Shown: in pieces, positions 49,526 through 59,853 of the stretch
Numbering within the stretch: the first letter of the stretch is position 1
Layout of the letters: every line of letters starts with the position of its first letter
Source of the DNA: Gammaproteobacteria bacterium
Lineage (GTDB): Bacteria; Pseudomonadota; Gammaproteobacteria; JBPCXB01
DNA: 64,000 bases
Assembly: GCA_051008935.1 (NCBI GenBank)
Contig: JBPCXB010000066.1
Coordinates: forward strand, 50,649-114,648
Reading direction: 5' to 3'
Notes under the pieces: model-generated
Database searches by the model: none
Told to the model about the DNA's origin: nothing
What the model saw: the letters and a program-made list of their open reading frames with translations, nothing else
Translations under genes and position numbers: made by a program

Positions 49526-50539
49526 TCAGAGCCTCCTTTGGGGGGTGCTTCTGGCCCACTGTAAAGCAGTGCCGATGATTTGAGTGAGCTGGGTAATTGT
49601 AGGTTCCCAGCCTGTGCGGCTCAATGCCTGAATATCTGCGTGGTTTTGAGCAGCGTCCCCTGGGCGGGGTGGGGCGATTCGTATGTCCATGGAGCGATCA
49701 AGCAACTGCGTAAAGCAATGCAGAATTTCTCGTACTGAGAAGCCAGTGCCCAGACCAACATCAGCGGTAAAAAAGTGGTGTTGCTGTCGCTTCAGGTAAT
49801 CGATGGTATCGATATGGGCCTGCGCTACATCGGAGACATGCACGAAGTCCCGAATGCATGTCCCGTCGGGCGTCGGATGCTGATCTCCATAGATTTCAAT
49901 AAAATCACGCATCCCCAGCGCCCACTCGCAGCCAATATCGATCAAATGAGTGTTCCCGGTTGATCCGGTACGCATTTTCGGGTCGGCGCCTGCCACATTG
50001 AAATAACGCAGTATTGCTATTTTCATAGGCTGCGCGGTACTTTTTTGTGTGCCCTGGATATCCTGCAGTACCTGCTCAACCATCCATTTGGAGCGTGCGT
50101 ATGGGGATACAGGTTGCGCTGATGGTGTTGCACCCTCTGAGCGATTGCCGTCTCCGTAAATCGAGCCAGTTGAAGAGAATAAAAACTGTTGCACCTCATA
50201 CTTCAGGCAGCATTCAATCAGGCCTAGGCTGAGAGACAGGTTGTTGTGGTAGTAGCTAAGAGGATATTGAACAGACTCATTGACTAGTACCGAAGCTGCC
50301 AGATGGCAAACGGTTTCGATGCGCTCTTCTTTGAGTATTTGACAGATCAGTTCTTTATTGCTCAGATCGCCGTCAATTAATCGGATTTGAGCAGGAAGAA
50401 ACGCAGCTCTTTGAGTCGCTTGCCGATCCAGCACAGCGACTCGGTAGCCGGCTTCATAAGCACACCACGTCAGATGCGAACCGATATAGCCCGCACCACC
50501 TGTAAGCAGTAAATTCTTTGGTTCTTTCACTAGCAACAA
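49526..50539 (-). CDS. galE: UDP-glucose 4-epimerase
   Basis: LLTGGAGYIGSHL Rossmann motif and the YxxxK catalytic motif (SPYARSK). Confidence 0.8.
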   Translation of the reverse strand: MLLVKEPKNLLLTGGAGYIGSHLTWCAYEAGYRVAVLDRQATQRAAFLPAQIRLIDGDLSNKELICQILKEERIETVCHLAASVLVNESVQYPLSYYHNNLSLSLGLIECCLKYEVQQFLFSSTGSIYGDGNRSEGATPSAQPVSPYARSKWMVEQVLQDIQGTQKSTAQPMKIAILRYFNVAGADPKMRTGSTGNTHLIDIGCEWALGMRDFIEIYGDQHPTPDGTCIRDFVHVSDVAQAHIDTIDYLKRQQHHFFTADVGLGTGFSVREILHCFTQLLDRSMDIRIAPPRPGDAAQNHADIQALSRTGWEPTITQLTQIIGTALQWARSTPQRRL

Positions 50540-50563
50540 AAGCCTGAGGGGTTGGAGAGTTGG

Positions 50564-52543
50564 TTACAGAGAGGATTTTTGTAGCAGTTCATTGTACGTC
50601 TCTGGGGCAATTTTTTGAACAATCGCGATAACCCCAAAGGCGGGATGGTCAAAAAAGTGTATTTCATCCTCGTCAACTTTTCGCTCTTCGTTTAAACGGA
50701 ATCGGTCTGTCAAGACAGCGTGTTTCAGAGGCTGCAAGCGGTTTGCCACTTCTTGTAATTGCAGTGCAAGCCTTTGTTGCGACAGCAATGATCGCCCGTA
50801 AGCTGTGAAACCGCTTTTGGAATAGCGGAAGTGTTCGAAGTAGCTGGGCGGCCATCGAATTCCATCGGGCAAAGGAGGCGATAGCTGAACGGCTCCCTCT
50901 ATAGCGGGCGGTTTGATCGCTGGGCGGATTATTTCTTGTGCGGTGATTGGTTGCGGCTCTGCAGTGGGCGAGTTATGAGGTAGAGCTGGAGGTCTGGTTT
51001 TCGGGGCATCTTCTTGCGCAGCTTTTTGGGCACCTTTTTGCGCACTTGGGGCCTCTTGTGGCGTCACGAACTGGCTTAGCCCATTGCGCACGGCTTTCTG
51101 ATACCAGTCTTCAGATAGAGCTCTGTTCCAACTCTGCTCGGAATCTTCGGATAGCGCAGTGGCTATGGGTTGTGTAGGATCCGGATCTGAAGGCGGCGTC
51201 AGTTCCAACTCCGGCGGCGGTGCCAGTTCCAGCCAGTGGAACCAACGGCTGCTCTGGGGCTGATGCGTGTTTAGCTTCTGCAGCCAGTTCATACTTGCAA
51301 GCGTACGTTGCCATTCGGCCTTCAGTGTGAGGTAGTTGGTACCGTGCGGGAGCGGTTCTGCTGCTGCAAGGTCAACCGGGTCTAGCCTGTTTGTGTGTTC
51401 AGGCACATGCTCGGAGGGTTCGGGAGCTATCGCCCGAGGGTCGCTGGTTGCAGATGGGTATTCAAAATCTGCGGCCGATTGCCAGTCCAATAGGCTCAGA
51501 TCCATTTGCAGATGTAGAAAACGTTGTTTCCATCCCCAGAAAGTGCCCTGTAGTTCAGGGTGGGCCTCATGCTGCGGTAGGTGGATTAGCACCCTAGGGC
51601 TGTCTTTATTCAAGTGCAAAGGTTGCACCCATGACCAGTGCACCAGAACTTGAGTGTCCGTGGAGCGCGTCAAACCTTTTGCTTGATTGGCTAAAAGGGG
51701 TGTGACTTTCTGTAAGTTGAGTTGTTTGAAAAAATCGTAGCTGATCAGTGGTGGCCAGAGAAACTCGGTAATTTCCGGAGCGACTTTAACGGCAGTAGAT
51801 TCAGTGCTGCAGTTGTCACAGGTAGCCAGTAATTTTTGTACTGCATAGCTAGAGGATTCGGATGACTTGTCAACAGGAGTGCTGGATTGAAAAAATAGGT
51901 TCTGGCTTGTAGAGGCCCTGGGCACTTCCTGCGTGTGTTTGCGTTCGTGTTCTGCTTGGGATGCAATGGCAAAGGGTAGCTGGTCAGCTCTCAGGCAGCT
52001 GAGGGTTTGTGAGGCCGGATGCATTGCTTTGAAGGGTATTCTCGGCTGCGCATGGAAGGTGCAAATTTCATGTTGCTCGACTAGGATAGCTGGCAGCTGA
52101 GGCAGGATTGCCCGTTGAGAGGCCAAGCTCTCTAGCAGCTCTGGTGTATCGGGCCAAGGGATTTGATTGATAGGGCCTGGCAGCTGAATATCCCAATCCA
52201 AGTTTAAGGGCCGCAGGTTGGACGCTGTGGTGAGTGTCAGTAAGCGGGCATCTTGTTTTAGATCCGGGCTAGGGTAGATCAGTTCATCGTCAAATTGCGG
52301 CTTTGCCCACCGAAATATGAGGATTTCGATGCGGTACAGTGCGCTTTCTTCCATGTTCCAGATAAAGTTGCGTACTGATTGCGGCAACAATTCTTCGGAG
52401 GGGTATGTTGGCTCAGCGCGATCCAATGAGGTCAAGGAGGCATTGCTAGGTTCATTTTCCTGCTCCTGTGCCAAAGCCACAGCAATCGCCAGCATGGAGC
52501 AGCAACTAGTCCATAGAGCTAAGCTGACAATAAAGCGAGCCAT
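50564..52543 (-). CDS. hypothetical proline-rich secreted protein, possibly CsiV-family, located upstream of mfd
   Basis: Signal peptide MARFIVSLALWTSCCSMLAIAVALA, a long low-complexity Pro/Gln/Ala-rich middle, and a conserved-looking C-terminus (EIHFFDHPAFGVIAIV). Start taken at the internal Met to avoid overlap with the mfd 3' end. Confidence 0.4.
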   Translation of the reverse strand: MARFIVSLALWTSCCSMLAIAVALAQEQENEPSNASLTSLDRAEPTYPSEELLPQSVRNFIWNMEESALYRIEILIFRWAKPQFDDELIYPSPDLKQDARLLTLTTASNLRPLNLDWDIQLPGPINQIPWPDTPELLESLASQRAILPQLPAILVEQHEICTFHAQPRIPFKAMHPASQTLSCLRADQLPFAIASQAEHERKHTQEVPRASTSQNLFFQSSTPVDKSSESSSYAVQKLLATCDNCSTESTAVKVAPEITEFLWPPLISYDFFKQLNLQKVTPLLANQAKGLTRSTDTQVLVHWSWVQPLHLNKDSPRVLIHLPQHEAHPELQGTFWGWKQRFLHLQMDLSLLDWQSAADFEYPSATSDPRAIAPEPSEHVPEHTNRLDPVDLAAAEPLPHGTNYLTLKAEWQRTLASMNWLQKLNTHQPQSSRWFHWLELAPPPELELTPPSDPDPTQPIATALSEDSEQSWNRALSEDWYQKAVRNGLSQFVTPQEAPSAQKGAQKAAQEDAPKTRPPALPHNSPTAEPQPITAQEIIRPAIKPPAIEGAVQLSPPLPDGIRWPPSYFEHFRYSKSGFTAYGRSLLSQQRLALQLQEVANRLQPLKHAVLTDRFRLNEERKVDEDEIHFFDHPAFGVIAIVQKIAPETYNELLQKSSL

Positions 52544-52568
52544 CACGGGTGCAGTAGTCAGGATATTC

Positions 52569-55500
52569 TTAATGAGGCAACGCCTGACCGGATTCATGGC
52601 TGGGTACTGGCTCAGGTATTAAGGCAAATATCTGGTTCAATGTCGTCTCAGGGCCGCTTTGGTCCAGTATCACTCGGATAGATTTCGGGGTCAAACGGAT
52701 GCGTTTCGGTTGTGCCGCCGCCAGTTGCACGATGGCTTCAGGATCCAGTGTCTGATTGACAATTTCTAGGATAAGTTCTGTGTCTGTCGTCATAACTTTA
52801 GAAATCCCAAAGGTGCGCGCCTGGATGCTGAAGCGCGCATTGCGCAGCAGTTTTTGGGTCTCTGCTGGCAGGTGCCCAAATCGGTCTTGCAATTCAGATT
52901 GAATGTGCCCGACAACGTCTGGCGTTTCAGCCTGAATGAGCCGGTGGTAGTATTGCACCCGCATCCAAGCATCCGGCATCCAGTAGTCTGGGATAATAGC
53001 TGAATCTCCCAAATCGATTTCACACTCGGCCTGCATGATCTGGCCCTGACCCTGGGGCAATGCTCCAGACTTGATATCTTCAATAGCACGGTTGAGCATC
53101 GAAAGGTACAAATCTAAGCCGATTCGGTGCATATGCCCGCTTTGTTCTTTGCCCAGCAATTCACCAGCACCTCTCAGCTCCAGATCATCGCGCGCCAGCG
53201 CGAAGCCAGCGCCTAGCTCGTTGTGGCGTTCTACAGATTCTAAGCGTTCTAATCCCAGTGCGGTCAGCTGGTGGTCAGGGGGGTAGAGTAGCCAGCACCA
53301 AGCCTGTTTGTCGCTGCGGCCAATACGTCCTCTCAGTTGGTGCAGCTGCGCCATGCCCATACGTTCTGCCCGCGTGATCAGCATCGTATTGGCGTTTGGA
53401 ATATCGAGCCCTGATTCCACTATAGAAGTGCACAGCAGGATATCTGCCTCCCCTTTACTGAATAATTGCATGCGTTCCCGCAGTTGGAGTGCCGGCAAGC
53501 GCCCGTGGGCTACTACGATGCGTGCTTCGGGAACTAAATCAGCCAACTGATCGGCTAGCTGGTCCAGCCCTTGTATGCGGTCGTTGACAACAAAAATCTG
53601 CCCACCACGCATGAGCTCTCGGCGCATCGCTTCTATAACCAGCTCGTCGTTCCAAGCACGTACAAATGTATGCACGGGTAAACGTCCAGGTGGGGGCTCA
53701 TGCATCAGGGCTATTTCGTTCAACCCAGATAGGCTTCTGTTTAGCGTTCTGGGAATGGGTGTAGCAGTCATGCTGATGGTGTGTACACTCGTTTGTAGCG
53801 TATTGATTTTTTCTTTGTCTGAGGTGCCAAATCGGTGTTCTTCATCAATCACTACTAGACCTAGATTCGGTAGATCCCACTTGCCCTTAACGACTGAATG
53901 TGTGGACACCAGTAAATCGATACTGCCTTCGGTGAGTTGGCGTTGCAGTTGTTTTTTTTGGCTGCCTGTTAGGGATGAATCCAGATAGGCAACCTGAATG
54001 GGCCAACCCGCAAATCGTTGGGAGCATTTTTGATAATGCTGTTGGCATAACAGCGTGGTTGGGGCCAGTATGCAACATTGATATCCAGCTTGTATGGCAA
54101 TAAAGGCCGCCCTTAAGGCCAGCTCGGTCTTACCAAAGCCCACATCTCCACAGATCAGCAGTGGGCGTGAGTGAGGATCAGCCAGCTGTTGCTGAATTGT
54201 TGCCGTCAGGCGTTTTTGATCAGCAGTGTCGTTGTATTGGCACTGATTGCAGAATGTCGTTATGAGCTCATCTGAAATAACCATCGCAGGCGCTGCGCGG
54301 CTTTTTTGCTGGGCATAAAGGGCGAGCAGTTCTGCTGCATCATCGTGCGCGCGTTGCTCAGCTTTTTTGCGTGCTGCCAAAAATTTGCCGCTGCCTAGCT
54401 GGTCCAGCTGTGGCTGTTCTTGTTCCGGCAGATGATAGCGATTGATCAGCCCCAATTCAGAGACGGGCAGATGGAGTAATGAATGATTGCGGTATTCAAT
54501 GGTTACGAATTCCTGTATCCGCCCATCGATCTCCATATGCTGCAACCCTTGATAGCGTCCGATGCCTTGCTCTCGGTGGACAATTAATTGCCCAGGTTCG
54601 AGATGTGCCAAGATCGTGTAAGGGTTTGGGGCTTCTGCATCTGATGCTGCAGCCATGGCGTTTTGAATGCGGTTTGGGCCGGCGCCCTGCTGGCCATACT
54701 CGTTTCTTTCACCTAGCACCATCACCGGCGTAGCAGGCGCATACAGATTGTCGCAGCTAGCTGTTGCTTGGGGTTGGTAGCCAGTACTGCCCAGTATGTC
54801 ACAGAGGATTTCGGCAACTGGCTCATCGCTTTCGATAAAATGGCGCCAGTTTGCAGGTTGCGGCAGTTTCTGGTTCAGGCCAGAGATTGTTGCTGCCAGA
54901 TCAGATTTTGGGGCGAGCAGAGGTTGAACCTGTTCGCTAAAGTTCTTTTTGACGGCTGCAATACCGCCCTCAGAACAGCCACTGAACAGAATACGCGTCT
55001 GTGGGTTTTGGTTGATAAAAGCGGCGCACTGGTGTTGCCAAGAAGCGCTGTCTGCCTGTTGTGTCGCCGTGCTGAGCGGCTGCCAGATGGCGGTATTGGG
55101 CAACTCGTCTAGGTTGCAGGTAGCAATCAAAGGGCGCTGACCGTCAGAACCTTGAAGTGCATCTATAGTGGTAAAAATGGTGTCTGGGGGAAGTAGAGGG
55201 TGTTGCGGATCGTGGCGCAGTAAATCAAATCGCTCTTGGAGCATAGCCGTGAAGCGTTCGACCGCGGCCAGAGCCCCTGGCAGCATAAAAGTGGTCACTC
55301 CTTGGTGCGGCTGATCTGCTGAATGCTTGAGATAATCGGGTAAGAGTGCCGTTGTTGGAAAAAACATCGGCAAATAGTACTCAGCCCCTTTAGGCATTTG
55401 CCCCTGTGTGACCTGATTAAAGAGCGCATTCGTGGTCTCGTCTATGTCGAACCAGGTTCGAAATGCATGGCGAAAATGCTGCAGGCTGGTAGGGTCTAAA

Positions 55501-56108
55501 GAGAATTCTCTAGAGGGGAAAAAGCGCACAGATTCGCAGGGCCGGGTAGTCATTTGATTATTAGGATCAAAAAACCGCATGGTGTCAATGGAATCATCGA
55601 AAAATTCGACCCGGATCGGGTCGGAAGATCCGGCTGGGAAAAAATCTAGCACGGCGCCTCGGACCGCTAGGGAGCCCGGGGATTCTACGAGGCTGACTTG
55701 GCTATATCCCGCATCTAGTAGGCGTTTCTGTAACCTTTCTAGGCTTACAACATCACCGCAACTCAGTTGCAAGCAATTGGCACCGAGCCAGCTTTCAGGA
55801 GCTAGTCGCTGTAATAGAGAGGATGGCGTTGCCAGTACCAGCCCCGTCCAATCATTCAGCAGCAGATTGAGGGTTGTCAGGCGTTGCGAAATCTGCTTGC
55901 CGGCAGGAGGCAGGCGGTCGTAGGGTAGGGTCTCTAGATCGGGGAAGATGCTGCAGGCGGAATCACCAAGCAGCACCAGCAGGTCCGAGTGTAACTGGTG
56001 TAAGTACCGGGAATCGGGGCACAAAGCGATTGCCACATTTTCCGATTGGGCGGTAAAAGCCTGTGCCAAGTTAAAGGCTGTAGCAGAGTCGTAGAGAGAC
56101 GAATTCAA
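52569..56108 (-). CDS. mfd: transcription-repair coupling factor
   Basis: 1179 aa with UvrB-homology N-domains, an RNAP-interacting domain, superfamily-2 helicase motifs (GDVGFGKTE, DEEHRFG) and a TRCF C-domain. Confidence 0.95.
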   Translation of the reverse strand: MNSSLYDSATAFNLAQAFTAQSENVAIALCPDSRYLHQLHSDLLVLLGDSACSIFPDLETLPYDRLPPAGKQISQRLTTLNLLLNDWTGLVLATPSSLLQRLAPESWLGANCLQLSCGDVVSLERLQKRLLDAGYSQVSLVESPGSLAVRGAVLDFFPAGSSDPIRVEFFDDSIDTMRFFDPNNQMTTRPCESVRFFPSREFSLDPTSLQHFRHAFRTWFDIDETTNALFNQVTQGQMPKGAEYYLPMFFPTTALLPDYLKHSADQPHQGVTTFMLPGALAAVERFTAMLQERFDLLRHDPQHPLLPPDTIFTTIDALQGSDGQRPLIATCNLDELPNTAIWQPLSTATQQADSASWQHQCAAFINQNPQTRILFSGCSEGGIAAVKKNFSEQVQPLLAPKSDLAATISGLNQKLPQPANWRHFIESDEPVAEILCDILGSTGYQPQATASCDNLYAPATPVMVLGERNEYGQQGAGPNRIQNAMAAASDAEAPNPYTILAHLEPGQLIVHREQGIGRYQGLQHMEIDGRIQEFVTIEYRNHSLLHLPVSELGLINRYHLPEQEQPQLDQLGSGKFLAARKKAEQRAHDDAAELLALYAQQKSRAAPAMVISDELITTFCNQCQYNDTADQKRLTATIQQQLADPHSRPLLICGDVGFGKTELALRAAFIAIQAGYQCCILAPTTLLCQQHYQKCSQRFAGWPIQVAYLDSSLTGSQKKQLQRQLTEGSIDLLVSTHSVVKGKWDLPNLGLVVIDEEHRFGTSDKEKINTLQTSVHTISMTATPIPRTLNRSLSGLNEIALMHEPPPGRLPVHTFVRAWNDELVIEAMRRELMRGGQIFVVNDRIQGLDQLADQLADLVPEARIVVAHGRLPALQLRERMQLFSKGEADILLCTSIVESGLDIPNANTMLITRAERMGMAQLHQLRGRIGRSDKQAWCWLLYPPDHQLTALGLERLESVERHNELGAGFALARDDLELRGAGELLGKEQSGHMHRIGLDLYLSMLNRAIEDIKSGALPQGQGQIMQAECEIDLGDSAIIPDYWMPDAWMRVQYYHRLIQAETPDVVGHIQSELQDRFGHLPAETQKLLRNARFSIQARTFGISKVMTTDTELILEIVNQTLDPEAIVQLAAAQPKRIRLTPKSIRVILDQSGPETTLNQIFALIPEPVPSHESGQALPH

Positions 56109-56326
56109 GGTATGTACGTTTCAAATGCGCTGGCGGTAAAGGGAGGGGGCTTCTGTTTGCTCAGCGCGCATGTGCATGATTTGGAAGGTGGGCATAGTCT
56201 AGTTATAGCATGCCGAACCGGATTGGCATCCTCTCTGTCCAAAGGCTGGGTGAGCGCGCCGCTTAAGATGCAAAAAAACTACATTATAAATGCGCCGCTT
56301 GCCGACCACTCATGCCTACAAGCAGC

Positions 56327-57913
56327 TTAGGGCGTGAAGTATTGGCGGCAGTATTCCGCAAAACTCTGGCCGTGCGCCTGGTCATTCTGTTCGAGTTGCT
56401 CTTTCTGGATTACAGAGTTCTGGCTGAGCTGGGTCATCCTTTGATTTAGAGCGTCGGTGTGCTGCGTCTGCCAATGTCGATGATGGGCAAGGGCGTGTTC
56501 CAAACCCAGTTCGAGGAGTGAATGCTGTTGTTGTTGCGCTGCAGCTAGCTGTGCGCATGAGGGTATGGGTTGCTGGCCGCTGGCTTGTTCAGTAGCTATT
56601 TGAGCAGCTTGTATCCAGGCAGTGCGCTCATGGGGCATCACTTCAGCAATCAGCGCCATGCCTTCACAGATATGGCGCAGCTGTCTTTGCCATTCGTCCG
56701 CTTCATCAGCCGAGCTGTTATCTGCATTTGCTAGCGTCTGAGCCAATATCTGGCCGCGCAAAGCCACAGCCTGATTGTTGTTGAGAAACAGAGTGCGTAA
56801 TCCATCTCCATCTTCAGGCGCAGGCAGGCACAAGCAGTACAGGATTAACAGATCGATGAGGCGACAGGCATCTTCGGTAATGCCGGCGGGCGCCGTGTGG
56901 TTTAGATCGATGCAACGGATTTCTATGTATTCCACTCCGTTATCCTTCAGCAGGCGAACGGGTCGGGCACTCCTGCTAGCGGCAGGCTTGATGCGGATAG
57001 GCGCATAGAGCTCGTTTTCTATTTGCAGTTTGCCGCATCCCAATTGTATGGGTGTTGAGAATCGGTTTTGGAGTTTTTGCCAAGGCGCATGGATGTCAGT
57101 GATAGCCTGTTGGAGTGTGCGCGTATAGGCTGTGATATCACTGTAATCCAGTTTGATTTCAGGTTGCGCCTCTGTGCTGTAGCCGATATCGCTGTTTCTG
57201 AGACTGGTAGCCGTTGCGTTGTATAGCCCTCCATACGGCCATTCTGATACCAGCTCGCTTGATACCAGCGATCCTGCCATATCGTCGCATGTCATGGGCG
57301 AATTGCCCAGAAAATAGAGGAGTACCCAGTGGAACCGCTGAAAATTGCGGGCAATATGCAGATATCCGATGTTTTTGATATCGACTAAAGAACCTTGCAG
57401 ATTGTTGCACTGTCCCCAGTTCAGCCAAAACTGATCGGACAGAGACAAGTTGTAGTGGATGCCGCTGATGGTTTGCATGGCAGCCCCATAGCGATACTGA
57501 AGCCCAGTTCGGTAGAGCTGTTTGAAATGGGCCAGATGTGAAGTGCCGTAATGTGCTATAGGTATTTCAGTTGTTGTAGATAAACTACAAGGCATACTCA
57601 GGGGCCAGAGCCGTTCTTCGCCCAGACAACTAGCTACAAAAGCATGGATGTCTTGCAATTCCTGCAGCATGTCATTGAGGTTCTCTTGAGGTGCAGTCAC
57701 AAGTTCGATCTGCGCTTCAGAGAAATCGGTGGTGATGTGAGGATGGCACAGGGGTGCCCCCAGCTCTTTGGGGTGGGGTTTTTGTGATAGCGCCCCCTCT
57801 GGAGTTACTCGGAGTGCTTCTCGCTCAATACCGCGCTTGATGTGCCGCAGTTGTTCGATGCAGCCTGCTTCCTGGAGCTTGTTGAGGCGGCTGATGAGTG
57901 TATCCAGATGCAT
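56327..57913 (-). CDS. gshA: glutamate--cysteine ligase
   Basis: 528 aa. N-terminal region GIEREALRV parallels E. coli GshA (GLERETLRV). Confidence 0.9.
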   Translation of the reverse strand: MHLDTLISRLNKLQEAGCIEQLRHIKRGIEREALRVTPEGALSQKPHPKELGAPLCHPHITTDFSEAQIELVTAPQENLNDMLQELQDIHAFVASCLGEERLWPLSMPCSLSTTTEIPIAHYGTSHLAHFKQLYRTGLQYRYGAAMQTISGIHYNLSLSDQFWLNWGQCNNLQGSLVDIKNIGYLHIARNFQRFHWVLLYFLGNSPMTCDDMAGSLVSSELVSEWPYGGLYNATATSLRNSDIGYSTEAQPEIKLDYSDITAYTRTLQQAITDIHAPWQKLQNRFSTPIQLGCGKLQIENELYAPIRIKPAASRSARPVRLLKDNGVEYIEIRCIDLNHTAPAGITEDACRLIDLLILYCLCLPAPEDGDGLRTLFLNNNQAVALRGQILAQTLANADNSSADEADEWQRQLRHICEGMALIAEVMPHERTAWIQAAQIATEQASGQQPIPSCAQLAAAQQQQHSLLELGLEHALAHHRHWQTQHTDALNQRMTQLSQNSVIQKEQLEQNDQAHGQSFAEYCRQYFTP

Positions 57914-58199
57914 GGGTTGCTGGGATCTCTGGCTTCACCGAAATTGTGGCGTGTTGTTCAAAGCTATTTTGCCTCATTGCAGTTGCGAGGGATCGTTTTG
58001 CACGCATCATTTTTTCCGGACTTGTGTGCTTCCTATTAAACATTTGCTGCGGACGCCGTGTTTAAATTAACGACACAGGATGCAATGTGTAGAATCTCAG
58101 AGATTGTAGCTTGCGTCGTTGTCTGTAGCGCTTCGGGTTTTGACCGAATTCAGCAATAGCACAGGGCTATCCGAATCGCACTAACGCTGTCAGGTCAAT

Positions 58200-59747
58200 A
58201 TGTCCACACACTCCGATATATTAGCCGTTCACCGCAATTTGACTGCCGAAGATCTGTTGGAGCTCGCGCTCAAGAATGGTGAAGGGCAGTTGGCCAGCAA
58301 CGGTGCCTTGACCACAGTGACAGGCCAGCGCACGGGGCGTAGCCCCCATGATCGCTTTATCGTCAATGATGCCAACACCGAGCAGCATATCGACTGGGGC
58401 TCTGTTAATCAGCCCATAGCGATGGAGAAGATGGATGCTCTGTGGCAAAGAGTCGAAGAGTGGCTTGAGGATCGCAGCTACTACTACAAGAGCCTGCATG
58501 CAGGTGCTGATATCCGCTACTACCTTCCGCTCCATGTGCGCACCGAAACAGCATGGCACAGTTTGTTTGCGCATAACATGTTCATCCGGCCAGAATCCTT
58601 TAATCCGAAAAATTATGGCGAGTGGCAGATATTGAATGCGCCTTCTTTTGAATGCGTCCCCCATCGCGATGGGGTCAATAGTGATGGCGCAGTCATTTTG
58701 GATTTTTCCCGCAGGCGCATCCTGTTGGCGGGCATGCGCTATGCAGGCGAGATGAAAAAGGCAGTATTTTCGACTCTTAACTATTTATTGCCTGAGCAGG
58801 ATGTGTTGCCCATGCACTGCGCCGCCAATGTCGCTAAATCGGGCAAAGTGTTTTTGTTTTTTGGGCTGTCAGGGACAGGAAAAACCACGCTATCGGCCGA
58901 CCCGAGCTGTGCGTTGATCGGCGATGATGAGCACGGTTGGGGGGAAGGCAGCGTCTTTAACTTTGAAGGAGGGTGCTATGCTAAATGCATCAACCTCAAG
59001 CGCGAAAACGAACCCGTTATCTGGGATGCCATCCGGCGCGGTAGCATCATGGAGAATGTGGTTCTGGATGCCAATAAAGTACCCGACTTTTCGGACCGGA
59101 GTATTACTGAAAATACCCGTTGCTGCTACCCCAGAGAGTACATAGAAAACAGGATCTCTGTGAATTTTTCTGGAGAACCCTCTGCAGTTATTTTTCTGAC
59201 CTGTGATTTGAACGGGGTGATGCCTCCGGTGTCGGTTTTGTCGCCTGAAGCTGCGGCGTATCATTTTTTATCTGGATATACGGCCAGTATGGCCGGAGTC
59301 GAAGTCGGCGCAGCGGTTAAATCTACATTTTCGCAATGCTTTGGAGCGCCGTTCTTTCCCCGAGCGGCAAGGGAATATGCCGACCTACTCATCAAGCGCA
59401 TCCACAACTTTGATGCCAAAGCCTATCTGGTCAATACCGGATGGACTGGGGGCGGCTATGGCGTCGGTAAGCGTTTTGATATATCGGTGACGCGTGCGAT
59501 TGTTCGTGCGATTCAGGATGGAAAGCTGGAAAATGCGAAACTGCGAACCCTTCAGCCTCTCAATTTGGAGATCCCGTTGGCAATCGAGGGTTTGGATCCG
59601 AGCCTCCTTGATCCGGGTAGTTCGTGGCAGGATCAGGCTGCCTATGAAGCTACCGGCATCAGACTTGCCAAAGAATTTACAGCAAACTTTGAGCGTTTTT
59701 CAGGAGTGGCAGAGTCTATTAAGGCTGCAGGCCCACAGAGTGTATAA
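58200..59747 (+). CDS. pckA: phosphoenolpyruvate carboxykinase (ATP)
   Basis: 515 aa with kinase-1a FFGLSGTGKTTLS and other PckA-specific motifs. Confidence 0.95.
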   Translation: MSTHSDILAVHRNLTAEDLLELALKNGEGQLASNGALTTVTGQRTGRSPHDRFIVNDANTEQHIDWGSVNQPIAMEKMDALWQRVEEWLEDRSYYYKSLHAGADIRYYLPLHVRTETAWHSLFAHNMFIRPESFNPKNYGEWQILNAPSFECVPHRDGVNSDGAVILDFSRRRILLAGMRYAGEMKKAVFSTLNYLLPEQDVLPMHCAANVAKSGKVFLFFGLSGTGKTTLSADPSCALIGDDEHGWGEGSVFNFEGGCYAKCINLKRENEPVIWDAIRRGSIMENVVLDANKVPDFSDRSITENTRCCYPREYIENRISVNFSGEPSAVIFLTCDLNGVMPPVSVLSPEAAAYHFLSGYTASMAGVEVGAAVKSTFSQCFGAPFFPRAAREYADLLIKRIHNFDAKAYLVNTGWTGGGYGVGKRFDISVTRAIVRAIQDGKLENAKLRTLQPLNLEIPLAIEGLDPSLLDPGSSWQDQAAYEATGIRLAKEFTANFERFSGVAESIKAAGPQSV

Positions 59748-59853
59748 AGCTTTGGCTTTCTCTGCAGAAGCTATTTGAGCTATTAGCCCAGCACTCTCTT
59801 GTAAAATCGCTCTGGCCTTATCGAGAACTAGCGGCACAGGAGCATACTCAACA

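Noticed and set aside
56109-56326. Possible sRNA or terminator between mfd and gshA
   Set aside because: I saw only weak, imperfect inverted repeats and no clear hairpin followed by a T-tract. This is most simply the mfd promoter/leader region.
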